Assembly: GCF_963921235.1 (NCBI RefSeq)
Contig: NC_086097.1
Location: 255,814,001-255,878,000, forward strand
Reading direction: 5' to 3'
DNA length: 64,000 nucleotides
Origin: Mobula hypostoma
Lineage: Eukaryota
Shown: in pieces, positions 52,800-64,000 of the stretch
Position numbering within the stretch: the stretch's first letter is position 1
Layout: every line of letters begins with the position of its first letter
The notes under the pieces: model-generated
Told to the model about the DNA's origin: nothing
The model's input: the letters and a program-made list of their open reading frames with translations, nothing else
The model's database searches: none
Program-made: the position numbers and the translations under genes

Positions 52800-53348
52800 G
52801 TTTTGGTCCCCTAATCTGAGGAAAGACATCCTTGCCATAGAAGGAGTACAAAGAAGGTTCACCAGATTGATTCCTGGGACGGCAGGACTTTCATATGAAG
52901 AAAGATTGGATGAACTGGGCTTGTACTCATTGGAATTTAGAAGATTGAGGGGGGATCTGATTGAAACGTATAAGATCCTAAAGGGATTGGACAGGCTAGA
53001 TGCAGGAAGATTGTTTCCGATGGTGGGGAAGTCCAGAACGAGGGGTCACAGTTTGAGGATAAAGGGGAAGCCTTTTAGGACCGAGATTAGGAAAAACTTC
53101 TTCACACAGAGAGTGGTGAATCTGTGGAATTCTCTGCCACAGGAAACAGTTGAGGCCAGTCCATTGGCTATATTTAAGAGGGAGTTAGATATGGCCCTTG
53201 TGGCTAAAGGGATCAGGGGGTATGGAGGGAAGGCTGGTGCAGGGTTCTGAGTTGGATGATCAGCCATGATCATACTGAACGGCGGTGCAGGCTCGAAGGG
53301 CCAAATGGCCTACTCCTGCACCTATTTTCTATGTTTCTATGTTTCTAT
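52800..53348 (+). mobile_element. Young CR1 3' fragment inserted in an older minus-strand CR1 (~52230-53590)
   Basis: ORF 52867..53250 LSYEERLDELGLYSLEFRRLRGDLIE..., followed by a (TTCTATGT)n tail. Confidence 0.9.
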
Positions 53349-54479
53349 AACTTTCCCATTACTGATATCAGCCTCACTGGCCTATAATTTCTCGGTTTAT
53401 TTTTAGAGCCTTTCTTAAACAGCTGAACATATTAGCTATTTTCTAATCCTCTGGTATTTTTTACCTGTCACTAAGGATAATTCAAATATCTCTGCTAGGG
53501 CACCTGCAATTTTTGCACTTGCCTCCCATAGGGTCTGAGGGAACACCTTGTCAGGCTCTAGGGATTTAACCACCCTAATTTGCCTCAAGACAGCATAGGA
53601 GGAGAATTAGGTTATTCAGCCTATTGATCCTCTTCCACCAGAGCTGATTTATGATTCGTCTCAACCCCATTCTCCTGCCTTCTCCCCATACCCTTTGATG
53701 CACTGACTAATCAAGAACCTATCAACCTTCCCTTTAAATATACCCTGGCCTCCACAGCATCTGTAGCAATGAGTTCCACAGATTCACCATCCCCTGACTA
53801 ACAAAAATTCCTTCTCATCTCTGTTCTAAGTGGATGTTCCTCTATTCTGAGGCTGTGTCCTACGGTGCTAGACTCGCCCACTCCCACTGACCTCCACCTA
53901 CTAACTCCATCACTACTATATTACTTCCCAACAGTCACCTTACGTACCGCCTAACGTCACTTTATGGACATACAATCAATCGATGTGCATAAGCTGTCTT
54001 GTACATTTACATTTGTTGTTTGTTTTTCAGAAGTATTATTGTTATTGTGTTCTTAATCTTTTGTGGGTTCTTTTGTGCTGCATCAGATCCAGAGTAACAA
54101 TTACTTTGTTCTCCTTCCACTTGTGTACAAGAAATAACATTAAACAATCTTGAATCTTGATCTATAGGAAATATCCTCTCCACATCCATTCTATCCGCCT
54201 TTCAATATTCGATAGTTTTCAATAAGAATCCCTCCTATTCTTCTAAACTCCAGGGAATACAGGCCAGAGCAACGAAACGCTACTCATATGTTAATCCTTT
54301 CATTCCCAGAAACAATCCTCATTTCCACCCATATAGCATCAAGCCAGGACAGCATGATATGGAGACCAAACTGTTTGTGGCTCATGTAGCGGCTTCACCC
54401 CTCCATGCAGCTGGGTAATCCAAGAGGATCGGAGAGACTGATACAGTTAAGAACCAGCAGTGTTACTGGAATTGCCAGT

Positions 54480-56998
54480 CCTGACTGGCTGCATCACTGC
54501 CTGGTACGGGAACTGTACTTCCCTAAATCGCAGGACTCTGCAGAGAGTGGTGCGGACAGCCCAGCTCATCTGTAGATGTGAACTTTCCACTATTCAGGAT
54601 ACTTATAAAGACCATGTGCAAAAAGGGCCCAAAAGATCATTGGGGACCTGAGTCACCCCAACCACAAACTGTTCCAGCTGCTACCATCATAAAAGCCAGG
54701 ACCAACAGCATAAAAGTCTCTGGGACAGCTTCTTCCACCAGGCTATCAGACTGATTAACATAGAAACATAGAAACATAGAAAATAGGTGCAGGAGTAGGC
54801 CATTCGGCCCTTCGAGCCTGCACCGCCATTTATTATGATCATGGCTGATCCTCCAACTCAGAACCCCGCCCCAGCCTTCCCTCCATACCCCCTGACCCCC
54901 GTAGCCACAAGGGCCATATCTAACACCCTCTCAAATATAGCCAATGAACTGGCCTCAACTGTTTCCTGTGGCAGAGAATTCCGCAGATTCACCACTCTCT
55001 GTGTGAAGAAGTTTTTCCTAATCTCGGTCCTAAAAGGCTTCCCCTCTATCCTCAAACTGTGGCCCCTCGTTCTGGACTTCCCCAACATCGGGAACAATCT
55101 TCCTGCATCTAGCCTGTCCAATCCCTTTAGGATCTTATACGTTTCAATCAGATCCCCCCTCAATCTTCTAAATTCCAACGAGTACAAGCCCAGTTCATCC
55201 AGTCTTTCTTCATATGAAAGTCCTGCCATCCCAGGAATCAATCTGGTGAACCTTCTTTGTACTCCCTCTATGGCAAGGATGTCTTTCCTCAGATTAGGGG
55301 ACCAAAACTGCACACAATACTCCAGGTGTGGTCTCACCAAGGCCTTGTACAACTGCAGTAGTACCTCCCTGCTCCTGTACTCGAATCCTCTCGCTATAAA
55401 TGCCAGCATACCATTCGCCTTTTTCACCGCCTGCTGTACCTGCATGCCCACTTTCAATGACTTGTGTATAATGACACCCAGGTCTCATTGCACCTCCCCT
55501 TTTCCTAATCGGCCACCATTCAGATAATAATCTATTTTCCTATTTTTGCCACCAAAGTGGATAACTTCACATTTATCCACATTAAATTGCATCTGCTATG
55601 AATTTGCCCACTCACCCAACCTATCCAAGTCACCTTGCATCCTCCTAGCATCCTCCTCACAGCTAACACTGCCACCCAGCTTCGTGTCATCCGCAAACTT
55701 GGAGATGCTGCATTTAATTCCCTCATTCAAGTCATTAATATATATTGTAAACAACTGGGGTCCCAGCACTGAGCCTTGCGGTACCCCACTAGTCACCGCC
55801 TGCCATTCTGAAAAGGTCCCATTTATTCCCACACTTTGCTTCCTGTCTGCTAACCAATTCTCCACCCACACCAATACCTTACCCCCAATACCGTGTGCTT
55901 TAAGTTTGCACACTAATCTCCTGTGTGGGACCTTGTCAAAAGCCTTTTGAAAATCCAAATATACCACATCCACTGGTTCTCCCCTATCCACTCTACTAGT
56001 TACATCCTCAAAAAATTCTATGAGATTCGTCAGACATGATTTTCCTTTCACAAATCCATGCTGACTTTGTCCGATCATTTCACCGCTTTCCAAATGTGCT
56101 GTTATCACATCCTTGATAACTGACTCCAGCAGTTTCCCCACCACCGACGTTAGGCTAACCGGTCCATAATTCCCCGGTTTCTCTCTCCCTCCTTTTTTAA
56201 AAAGTGGAGTTACATTAGCCACCCTCCAATCCTCAGGAACTAGGCCAGAATCTAACGAGTTTTGAAAAATAATGCATCCACTATTTCTTGGGCTTCTTCC
56301 TTAAGCACTCTAGGATGCAGACCATCTGGCCCTGGGGATTTATCTGCCTTCAATCCCTTCAATTTACCTAACACCACCTACTAACATATATTTCGCTCAG
56401 TTCCTCCATCTCACTGGACCATCTGTCCCCTACTATTTCTGGAAGATTATTTATGTCCTCCTTAGTGAAGACAGAACCAAAGTAATTATTCAATTGGTCT
56501 GCCATGTCCTTGCTCCCCATAATCAATTCACCTGTTTCTGTCTGCAGGGGACCTACATTTGTCTTTACCATTCTTTTCCTTTTTACATATCTATAAAAGC
56601 TTTTACAGTCCGTTTTTATGTTCCCTGCCAGTTTTCTCTCATAATCTTTTTTCCCCTTCCTAATTAAGCCCTTTGTCCTCCTCTGCTGAACTCTGAATTT
56701 CTCCCAGTCCTCAGGTGAGCCACTTTCTCTGGCTAATTTGTATGCTTCTTCTTTGGAATTGATACTATCCCTAATTTCTCTTGTCAGCCACGGGTGCACT
56801 ACCTTCCTTGATTTATTTTTTTGCCAAACTAATTCATGCTGACAACTGTATTTCTATGTTATATTGACTGTTCAGTTGTACATACTATTTATTATAAATT
56901 ACTATAAATTGCACATTTAGATGGAGATGTAACGTAAAGATTTTTACTCTTCATGCATATAAAGGATTTAAGTAATAAAGTCAATTCAATTCAATTCA
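54480..56998 (+). mobile_element. Rex1/Babar LINE 3' part split by a CR1 insertion
   Basis: LTGCITAWYGNCTSLNRRTLQRVVRTAQ. The 3'UTR resumes at ~56830 and ends with AATAAA plus (CAATT)n. Confidence 0.7.
54758..56829 (-). mobile_element. Young CR1 LINE, 5'-truncated
   Basis: ORFs 56368..56799, 55596..56222 and 54858..55457. (CATAGAAA)n tail. Near-identical to 23607-25782. Confidence 0.93.
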
Positions 56999-57195
56999 TT
57001 GTACTCAATGTAGGACTGCACCGGATTTCTCCCCGTTACTCCTGAAGCCTTTCCCATGAGTGGGTATAACTGCGAGGCAGTGCAGATCAGAGTTTTTCTT
57101 CTCCTTGATGAGCTGCCAACCACGGCTGATGAGCCCCATCTGCCCAGAGCAACTGGTTTTAAGGCCCCAGTAACCTGTCTTTTCACTTTCTCCTG

Positions 57196-58880
57196 TAGCT
57201 GCAGAGACCGCGTTAGGGAGCTGGAGATGCAGCTCAATGACCTTTGTCTGGTCAGGGAGAGTGAGGAGTTGATAGAGAGGAGTTACAGGCAGGTGGTCAC
57301 ACCGGAGCCACAGGAGGCAGACAAGTGGGTCACAGTCAGGAGAGGGAAGGGGAAGAGTCAGGTACTAGAGAGTACCCCTGTGGCTGTGCCCCTTGACAAT
57401 AAGTACTCCTGTTTGAGTACTGCTGAGGGGACAGCCCACCTGGGGGAAGCAACAGTGGCTGTGCCTCCGGCACAGAGTCTGGCCCTGTGGCTGAGAAGGG
57501 TAGGGAAAGGAAGAGGTTGGCAGCAGTGATAGGGGACTCTATAGTTAAGGGGTCAGACAGGCGATTCTGTGGACGCAAGAAAGAAACTCAGATGGTAGTT
57601 TGCCTCCCAGGTGTCAGTGCTAGGGATGTTTCAGATCACGTCCACGATATCCTGAAGTGGAAAGGAGAACAGCCAGAGGTCGTGGTACATATTGGTACCA
57701 ATGACACAGGTAGGAAAAGGGAAGAGGTCCTGAAACAGACTACAGGGAGTTAGGAAGGAAGTTGAGAAGCAGGACCGTAAAGGTAGTAATCTCGGGATTA
57801 CTGCCTATGCCACGCCACAGTGAGAAAAGGAATAGAATGAGGTGGAAGATAAATGCGTGGCTGAGGGATTGGAGTAGGGGGCAGGGATTCAGATTTCTGG
57901 ATCATTGGGACCTCTTTTGGGGGAGGTGTGACCTGTACAAAAAGGACGTGTTGCACTTGAATCCCAGGGGGACCAATATCTTGGCGCGGAGGTTTGCTAA
58001 GGCTACTGGGGAGAGTTTAAACTAGAATTGTTAAGGGGTGGGAACTGAACTGAAGAGACAGAGGAAGAGGCAGTTGGCTCACAAATAGAGAAAGCTTGGA
58101 GATGGTGAGAGAGGGATACTAGGCAGGTGATAGAGAAGGGATGCGCTCAGACCTATGGTTTGAGATGTGTCTATTTTAACGCAAGCAGTGTTGTGAACAA
58201 AGTGGATGAGCTTAGAGCGTGGAACCGTACTTGGAGCCATTACAGAGACTTGGATGGCTCAAGGACAGGAATGGTTACTTCAAGTGCCGTGTATTAGATG
58301 TTTCAGAAAGACCAGGGAGGGAGGAAAAAGAAGTGGGGGTGTGGCACTTTTGATCAGAGATAGTGTCAGGGCTGCAGAAAAGGTGGACGCCATGGAGGGA
58401 TGGTCTACGGAGTCTCTCTGGGTGGAGGTTAGGAACAGGAAGGGGTCAATAACTTTACTGGGTGTTTTTTATAGGCTGCCCAATAGAAACAGGGATATCG
58501 GGGAGCAGATAGGGAAACAGATCCTGGGAAGGTGTAATAATAACAGATTGTATTGATGGGAGATTTTAATTTCCCAAATATCGATTGGCATCTCCCTACA
58601 GCAAGGGGTTTAGATGGGGTTGAGTTTGTTAGATGTGTTCAGGAAGGTTTCTTGACACAATATGTAGATAAGTCTACAAGAGGAGAGGCTGTACTTGATT
58701 TGGTATTGGGAAATGAACCTGGTCAGGTGTCAGATCTCTCAATGGGAGAGCATTTTGGAGATGGTGATCACAATTCTATCTCCTTTACAATAGCATTGGA
58801 GAGAGATAGGAACAGACATTTAGAAAAGTGTTTAATTGGAGTAAGGGGAATCATGAGGCTATCAGGCAGGAAATTGTAGG
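57196..58880 (+). mobile_element. CR1 LINE 5' part: ORF1 SGNH/GDSL esterase and ORF2 endonuclease
   Basis: RVRELEMQL, VIGDSIVKG (block I), VVVHIGTND (block III) and DVLHLN (block V). EN motifs AITETW, MGDFNFP and DGDHNSISF. Confidence 0.88.
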
Positions 58881-58884
58881 CTTA

Positions 58885-59458
58885 AATTTCTCTATTTCCT
58901 GAGGAGACTGAGGTCCTTTAACATCTGTCGGACGATGCTGAGGATGTTCTACGAGTCTGTGGTGGCCAGTGCTATCATGTTTGCTGTTGTGTGCTGGGGC
59001 AGCAAGCTGAGGATAGCAGACACCAACAGAATCAACAAACTCATTTGTAAGGCCAGTGATGTTGTGGGGATGGAACTGTACTCTCTCACGGTGGTGTCTG
59101 AAAAGAAGATGCTGTCTAAATTGCATGCCATCTTGGACAATGTCTCCCATCCAATACATAATGTACTGGTTGGGCACAGGAGTACATTCAGCCAGAGACT
59201 CATTCCTCCGAGATGCAGCACAGAGCATCATAGGAAGTCATTCCTGCCTGTGGCCATCAAACTTTACAACTCCTCCCTTGGAGGGTCAGACACCCTGAGC
59301 CAATAGGCTGGTCCTGGACTTATTTCCTGGCATAATTTTCATATTATTATTTAATTATTTATGGTTTTATATTGCTATATCTATATTCTTGGTTGGTGCA
59401 ACTGTAACGAGACCCAATTTCCCTCGGGATCAATAAAGTATGACTATGACTATGACTA
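58885..59458 (+). mobile_element. Rex1/Babar LINE 3' end
   Basis: LYFLRRLRSFN..FYESVVASAIMFAVVCWG..RKSFLPVAIKLYN, then AATAAA and (TATGAC)n. Confidence 0.82.
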
Positions 59459-60594
59459 GAGAAGATCCTGAGAGGCAGGATTTATGAACATTTGGAGAGG
59501 TATAATTTGATTAGGAATAGTCAGCATGGCTTTGTCAAGGGAAGGTCGTGCTTTACGAGCCTGATTGAATTTTTTGAGGATGTGACTAAACACATTGATG
59601 AAGGAAGAGCAGTTGATGTCGTGTATACGGATTTCAGCAAGACATTTGATAAGGTACCCCATGCAAGGCTTATTGAGAAAGTAAGTGTTAGCTGTGAGGA
59701 GGATGCTAAGAGGATGCAGGGTGACTTGGATAGGTTAGGTGAGTGGGCAAATTCATGGCAGATGCAATTTAATGTGGATAAATGTGAGGTTATCTACTTT
59801 GGTGGCAAAAACAGGAAAACAGATTATTATTTGAATGGTGGCTGATTAGGAAAAGGGGAGGTGCAACGAGACCTGGGTGTCATTATGCACCAGTCATTGA
59901 AAGTGGGCATGCAGGTACAGCAGGCGGTGAAAAAGACGAACGGTATGCTGGCATTTATAGCGAGAGGATTCGAGTACAGGAGCAGGGAGGTACTACTGCA
60001 GTTGTACAAGGCCTTGGTGAGACCACACCTGGAGTATTGTGTGCAGTTTTGGTCCCCTAATCTGAGGAAAGACATTCTTGCCATAGAGGGAGTACAAAGA
60101 AGGTTCACCAGATTGATTCCTGAGATGGCAGGACCTTCATATGATGAAAGACTGGATCGACTAGGCTTATACTCGTTGGAGTTTAGAAGATTGAGGGGGG
60201 GATCTTATTGAAACATATAAAATCCGAAAGGGATTGCACAGGCTAGATGCAGGAAGATTATTCCCGATGTTGGGGAAGTCCAGAACGAGGAGTCACAGTT
60301 TAAGGATAAAGGGGAAGCCTTTTAGGACCGAGATTAGGAAAAACTTCTTCACACAGAGCGTGGTGAATCTGTGGAATTCTCCGCCACAGGAAACAGTTGA
60401 GGCCAGTTCATTGGCTATATTTAAGAGGGAGTTAGATATGGCCCTTGTGGCTAAAGGGATCAGGGGGTATGGAGGGAAGGCTGGTACAGGGTTCTGAGTT
60501 GGATGATCAGCCATGATCATACTGAATGGCGATGCAGGCTCGAAGGGCCGAATGGCCTACTCCTGCACTTATTTTCTATGTTTCTATGTTTCTA
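59459..60594 (+). mobile_element. CR1 RT fragment joined to a young CR1 3' portion (junction ~59685)
   Basis: SQHGFVKGRSC..DKVPHARLIEKV jumps directly to SVSCEEDAKRMQG. Young-family tail. Confidence 0.85.
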
Positions 60595-60671
60595 TATTGT
60601 CATATACAAACAAGAGAAAATCTGCAGATGCTGGAAATCCAAACCACATTTACACAATGCTGGAGGAACTC

Positions 60672-62158
60672 ACATCGACAGTGATGAAATGCTTTGAGAG
60701 GTTGGTCATGACTGGACTGAACTCCTGCCTCAGCAAGGACCTGGACACATTGCAATTTGCCTATCACCACAATAGGTCAATGGCAGACGAAATCTCAATG
60801 GCTCTCCACATGGCTTTAGACCACCTGGACAACACAAACACCTATGTCAGGATGCTGTTCATCGACTATACTCAGCATTTAATACTATCATTCCCACAAT
60901 CCTGATTGAGAAGTTGCAGAACATGAGTCTCTGTACCTCCCCTTGCAATTGGATCCTCGACTTCCTAACCAGAAGACCACGATCTGTGTGGATTGGTGAT
61001 AACATCTCCTCCTTGCCGACGATCAACACTGGTGCACCTCGGGGTGTGTACTTAGCCCACTCTCTATATACACATGACTGCGTGGCTATGCATAGCTTAA
61101 GTACCATCTATAAATTTGCTGATGATATAACCATTGTTGGTAGAATCTCAGGTGGTGATGAGAGGGTGTACAGGAGTGAGATATGCCAAATAGTGGAGTG
61201 GTGCCGCAGCACAACCTGGCACTCAACGTCGGTAAGACAAAAGAGCTGATTACGGACTTCAGGAAGGGTAAGATGAAGGAACACATGCCAATCCTCATAG
61301 AGGGATCAAAAGTGGAGAGAATGAATAGTAAACGCGAGGAATTCTGCAGATGCTGGAAATTCAAGCAACACACATCAAAGTTGCTGGTGAACGCAGCAAG
61401 CCAGCCAGCATCTCTAGGAAGAGGTACAGTCGACGTTTCGGGCCGAGACCCTTCGTGGTTTCAAGTTCCTGGGTGTCAAGATTTCTGAGGATCTAATCTG
61501 GTCCCAACATGTCAATGTAGTTATAAAGAAGGAAAGACAGCAGCTATACTTCATTCGGAGTTTGAAGAGATTTGGCATGTCAACAAATACACTCAAAAAC
61601 TTCTATAGTTGTACCTTGGAGAGCATTCTGACAGGCTGCATTACAATCTGGTGTGGCAGGGGCTACTGCACAGGACCGAAAGAAGCCCCAGAGGGTTGTA
61701 AATCTAGTTAGCTCCATCTTGGGTACTAGCCTACAAAGTACCCAGGACACCTTCAAGGAGCGATGTCTCAGAAAGGGAGCGTCCATTATCAAGGACCTGC
61801 AGCACCTAGGGCATGCCCTTTTCTCACTGTTACCATGAGGTAGGAGGTACAGAAGCCTGAAGGCTCACACTCAGTGATTCAGGAACAGCTTCTTCCCCTC
61901 TGCCATCCGATTCCTAAATGGACATTTAGCCCTTGGACACTACCTCACTTTTTTTAATACACAGTATTTCTGGTTTTTTAAATTTTTAATATCTATTCAA
62001 TATACATATACTGTAATTGATTTGCTTGTTTATTTATTATTTTTTAAAATTTTATTCATTTTTTTCTCTCTTCTGGATTGTTTATTGCATTGAACTGCTA
62101 ACTAAGTTAACAAATTCCATGTCACATGCCGGTGATAATAAACCTGATTCTGATTCTG
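60672..62158 (+). mobile_element. Rex1/Babar LINE RT and 3' end, with nested Penelope-derived piece (~61330-61455)
   Basis: [52 protein letters not shown] and [15 protein letters not shown]. Tail AATAAACC(TGATTC)n. Confidence 0.85.
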
Positions 62159-63464
62159 AACTCAGCAGTCCAGGCAGCATCTATGGAGAAGAGTACAATG
62201 GACGTTTCAGGCCGAGTTACTGCATCAGGACTGGGGAAATAGCGACTGTACTCTCTTCCATAGATGCTGCTTATTTTACTGATTTCCTCCAGCATTGTGT
62301 GTGAATATTGTTAGATAGAACACAGTACATGGTCCTCACAGAGTAAACAGAAAACATGGGAAGACTAAATACAACTCAAAATGCAATTAGCACAAAACAG
62401 ATCAGAAAACCTTACTGAGGGGTCCAGCAGTCAGCGGATAGATTGGCAAATCACTCAGAGATAAAAGGAAAAAATTTTTTGTGATGTTGACTGGAATGGA
62501 GAGTGAAGCTGTTTACTTGAATTTGTTTTCCTTAAAGCAGAGGACAGTGATTGGGACCTGACAGGGCGATGCAGAATTTTAAGGGGCATTGCACATAAAA
62601 TGCTGGAGGAACTCCGGAAACCATGCTGCATCCAGAGAGATTTATTCCCCTCAATAAGAAGAATTCTAAAGGCAGGATGACTTTCGGTCAAGAGGGCGCC
62701 TGTGTACAATGCTCCCACAGTTGACATCTTCTGGATTGACCATGAAACCATTTATTTCACTTATGTCTTTTATGTTTGCTTTTCATCTTGAATGTGATTC
62801 TGGAACTGATGATTGGCAGTTTGGAGATCGTTAGGCTGTTTCATCACTCTGCAGTCTCCGAGAGAATTCTGGGAGGCGCAGGTGGCATACGCTAACCTTG
62901 TGGCGAGAAGGCAAGAAAGCTGTAGGACGGCTCACAAGCCGATGATCAACTACATTTTGCCAATTATAGCTTCCATTGTTCACCAATTAAAGTGATGAGG
63001 GAGACTGAAACATCGAGATGAATGCACAAGTGGAGCGCAGACTGCCTGCCTTTTGATCGCTGGTGGGACCACTCTGTTGCTGGAGAGGTGGGATTGTCTG
63101 CTGTCGGAGAGGGGAGAGTGCCTTTTGATCGCTGGTGGAATTGCTCTGCTGCCAGAGACAGGAGAGCCTGCCGCTGGGCCCAGAAATTCTTACCCAGGTT
63201 TTCTGTATTTTGGATATGGACTTGGACAACGGACATTTTCTTCAGTCTTATAGTTTTTTTATCTTCTGAGTTTTCACCCAATCTTTCTTATATTTTTGTG
63301 TGCAGGAGAGGGAGATTTGAAGGTCGATGTGTCTGTTACGTTTTTACAAACAAGAGAAATCTGCAGATGCTGGAAATCCGAGCAACATACACAAAATGCT
63401 GGAGGAACAAGGCAGGCCAGGCAGCATTAATGGAAAAACATTCGGTCGATATTTAGGCCCAATC

Positions 63465-63930
63465 ATCACAAAAGAGAGGGCACACAAGGAAGCCAAAGCA
63501 AGTGGGAAGATAGAGGATTGGGAAGCACTTAAAAACTTGTAGAAGAAAACTAAGAAGGTCATGAGAAAGGAAAAGATAAACTATGAAAGGAAGCTGGCAA
63601 CTAATACCAAAGCGAGATACTGAAAGCTTTTTTACATATATAAAGGGTAAAAGGGTAGATATAGGACCAATAGAAAATGACGCTGGAGATATTGTAATGA
63701 GAGACGCAGAGATGGCAGAGGAACTGAATACGTATTTTGTATCAGTCTTCACAGTGGAAGATATCTGCAGTATACCGGACATTCGGACATTCAAGATTCA
63801 AGGAAGCAAAAAGGAAATTATAGACCTGTTAGCTTGACATCGGTGGTTGGAAAGTTGTTGGAGTCAATTGTCAAGGATGAGGTTATGGAGTACCTGGAGG
63901 CATATGACAAGATAGGCAGAACTCAGCATG
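63465..63930 (+). mobile_element. CR1 ORF2 fragment flanked by Penelope-derived pieces (~63347-63450 and 63931-64000)
   Basis: EMAEELNTYFVSVFTVED. Flanks carry the gcaggccaggcagcat motif. Confidence 0.7.
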
Positions 63931-64000
63931 CATCAAAGTTGCTGGTGAACTCAGCAGGCCAGGCAGCATCTCTAGGAAGAGGTACAGTTGACGTTTCGGG

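Noticed and set aside
54835..55527. 230-aa plus-strand ORF, and similar ORFs at 25199..25714 and 961..1623
   Set aside because: These are antisense shadows of LINE coding sequence.
57487..58025. Host GDSL/SGNH esterase gene
   Set aside because: It is CR1 ORF1, directly upstream of the LINE endonuclease, and it is frameshifted.
1..64000. Prokaryotic systems (retron, group II intron, DGR, CRISPR) suggested by the many RT ORFs
   Set aside because: All RTs carry vertebrate LINE motifs, are fragmented, and sit among spliceosomal introns. There is no operon structure and no repeat-spacer array.

Overview
This is vertebrate nuclear DNA, not prokaryotic. The repeat content (CR1 LINEs with (CATAGAAA)n-type tails, Penelope-derived short repeats, Rex1, L1, RTE, Hero, hAT, mariner) suggests a cartilaginous fish, probably a ray; the taxon is my inference. 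By eye, most of the window is nested, decayed transposable elements. One host gene lies on the minus strand: a Bucky ball/Velo1 (Xvelo) homolog, the Balbiani-body/germ-plasm scaffold family. Three coding exons join with matching splice phases: 51399-51237, 49189-47625 and 14336-14013 (or 14336-14036 if a further exon is used). They give about 683 aa, with an N-terminal P/Y/F-rich BUVE region, an xxVQTD motif, an EEISSKDEE motif and a K/R-rich C-terminus. Intron 2 is about 33 kb and almost entirely TE-derived. Other highlights are a Hero-clade (R2-group, RLE) retrotransposon bounded by ~245-bp direct repeats carrying a conserved hairpin/pseudoknot, a family of Penelope-derived short elements with minimal hammerhead-ribozyme motifs (one is a near-perfect palindrome with a TSD), and a young L1 with a perfect 17-bp TSD. 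Family assignments come from motif recognition, not database searches. TE boundaries are approximate unless a TSD or TIR is cited.
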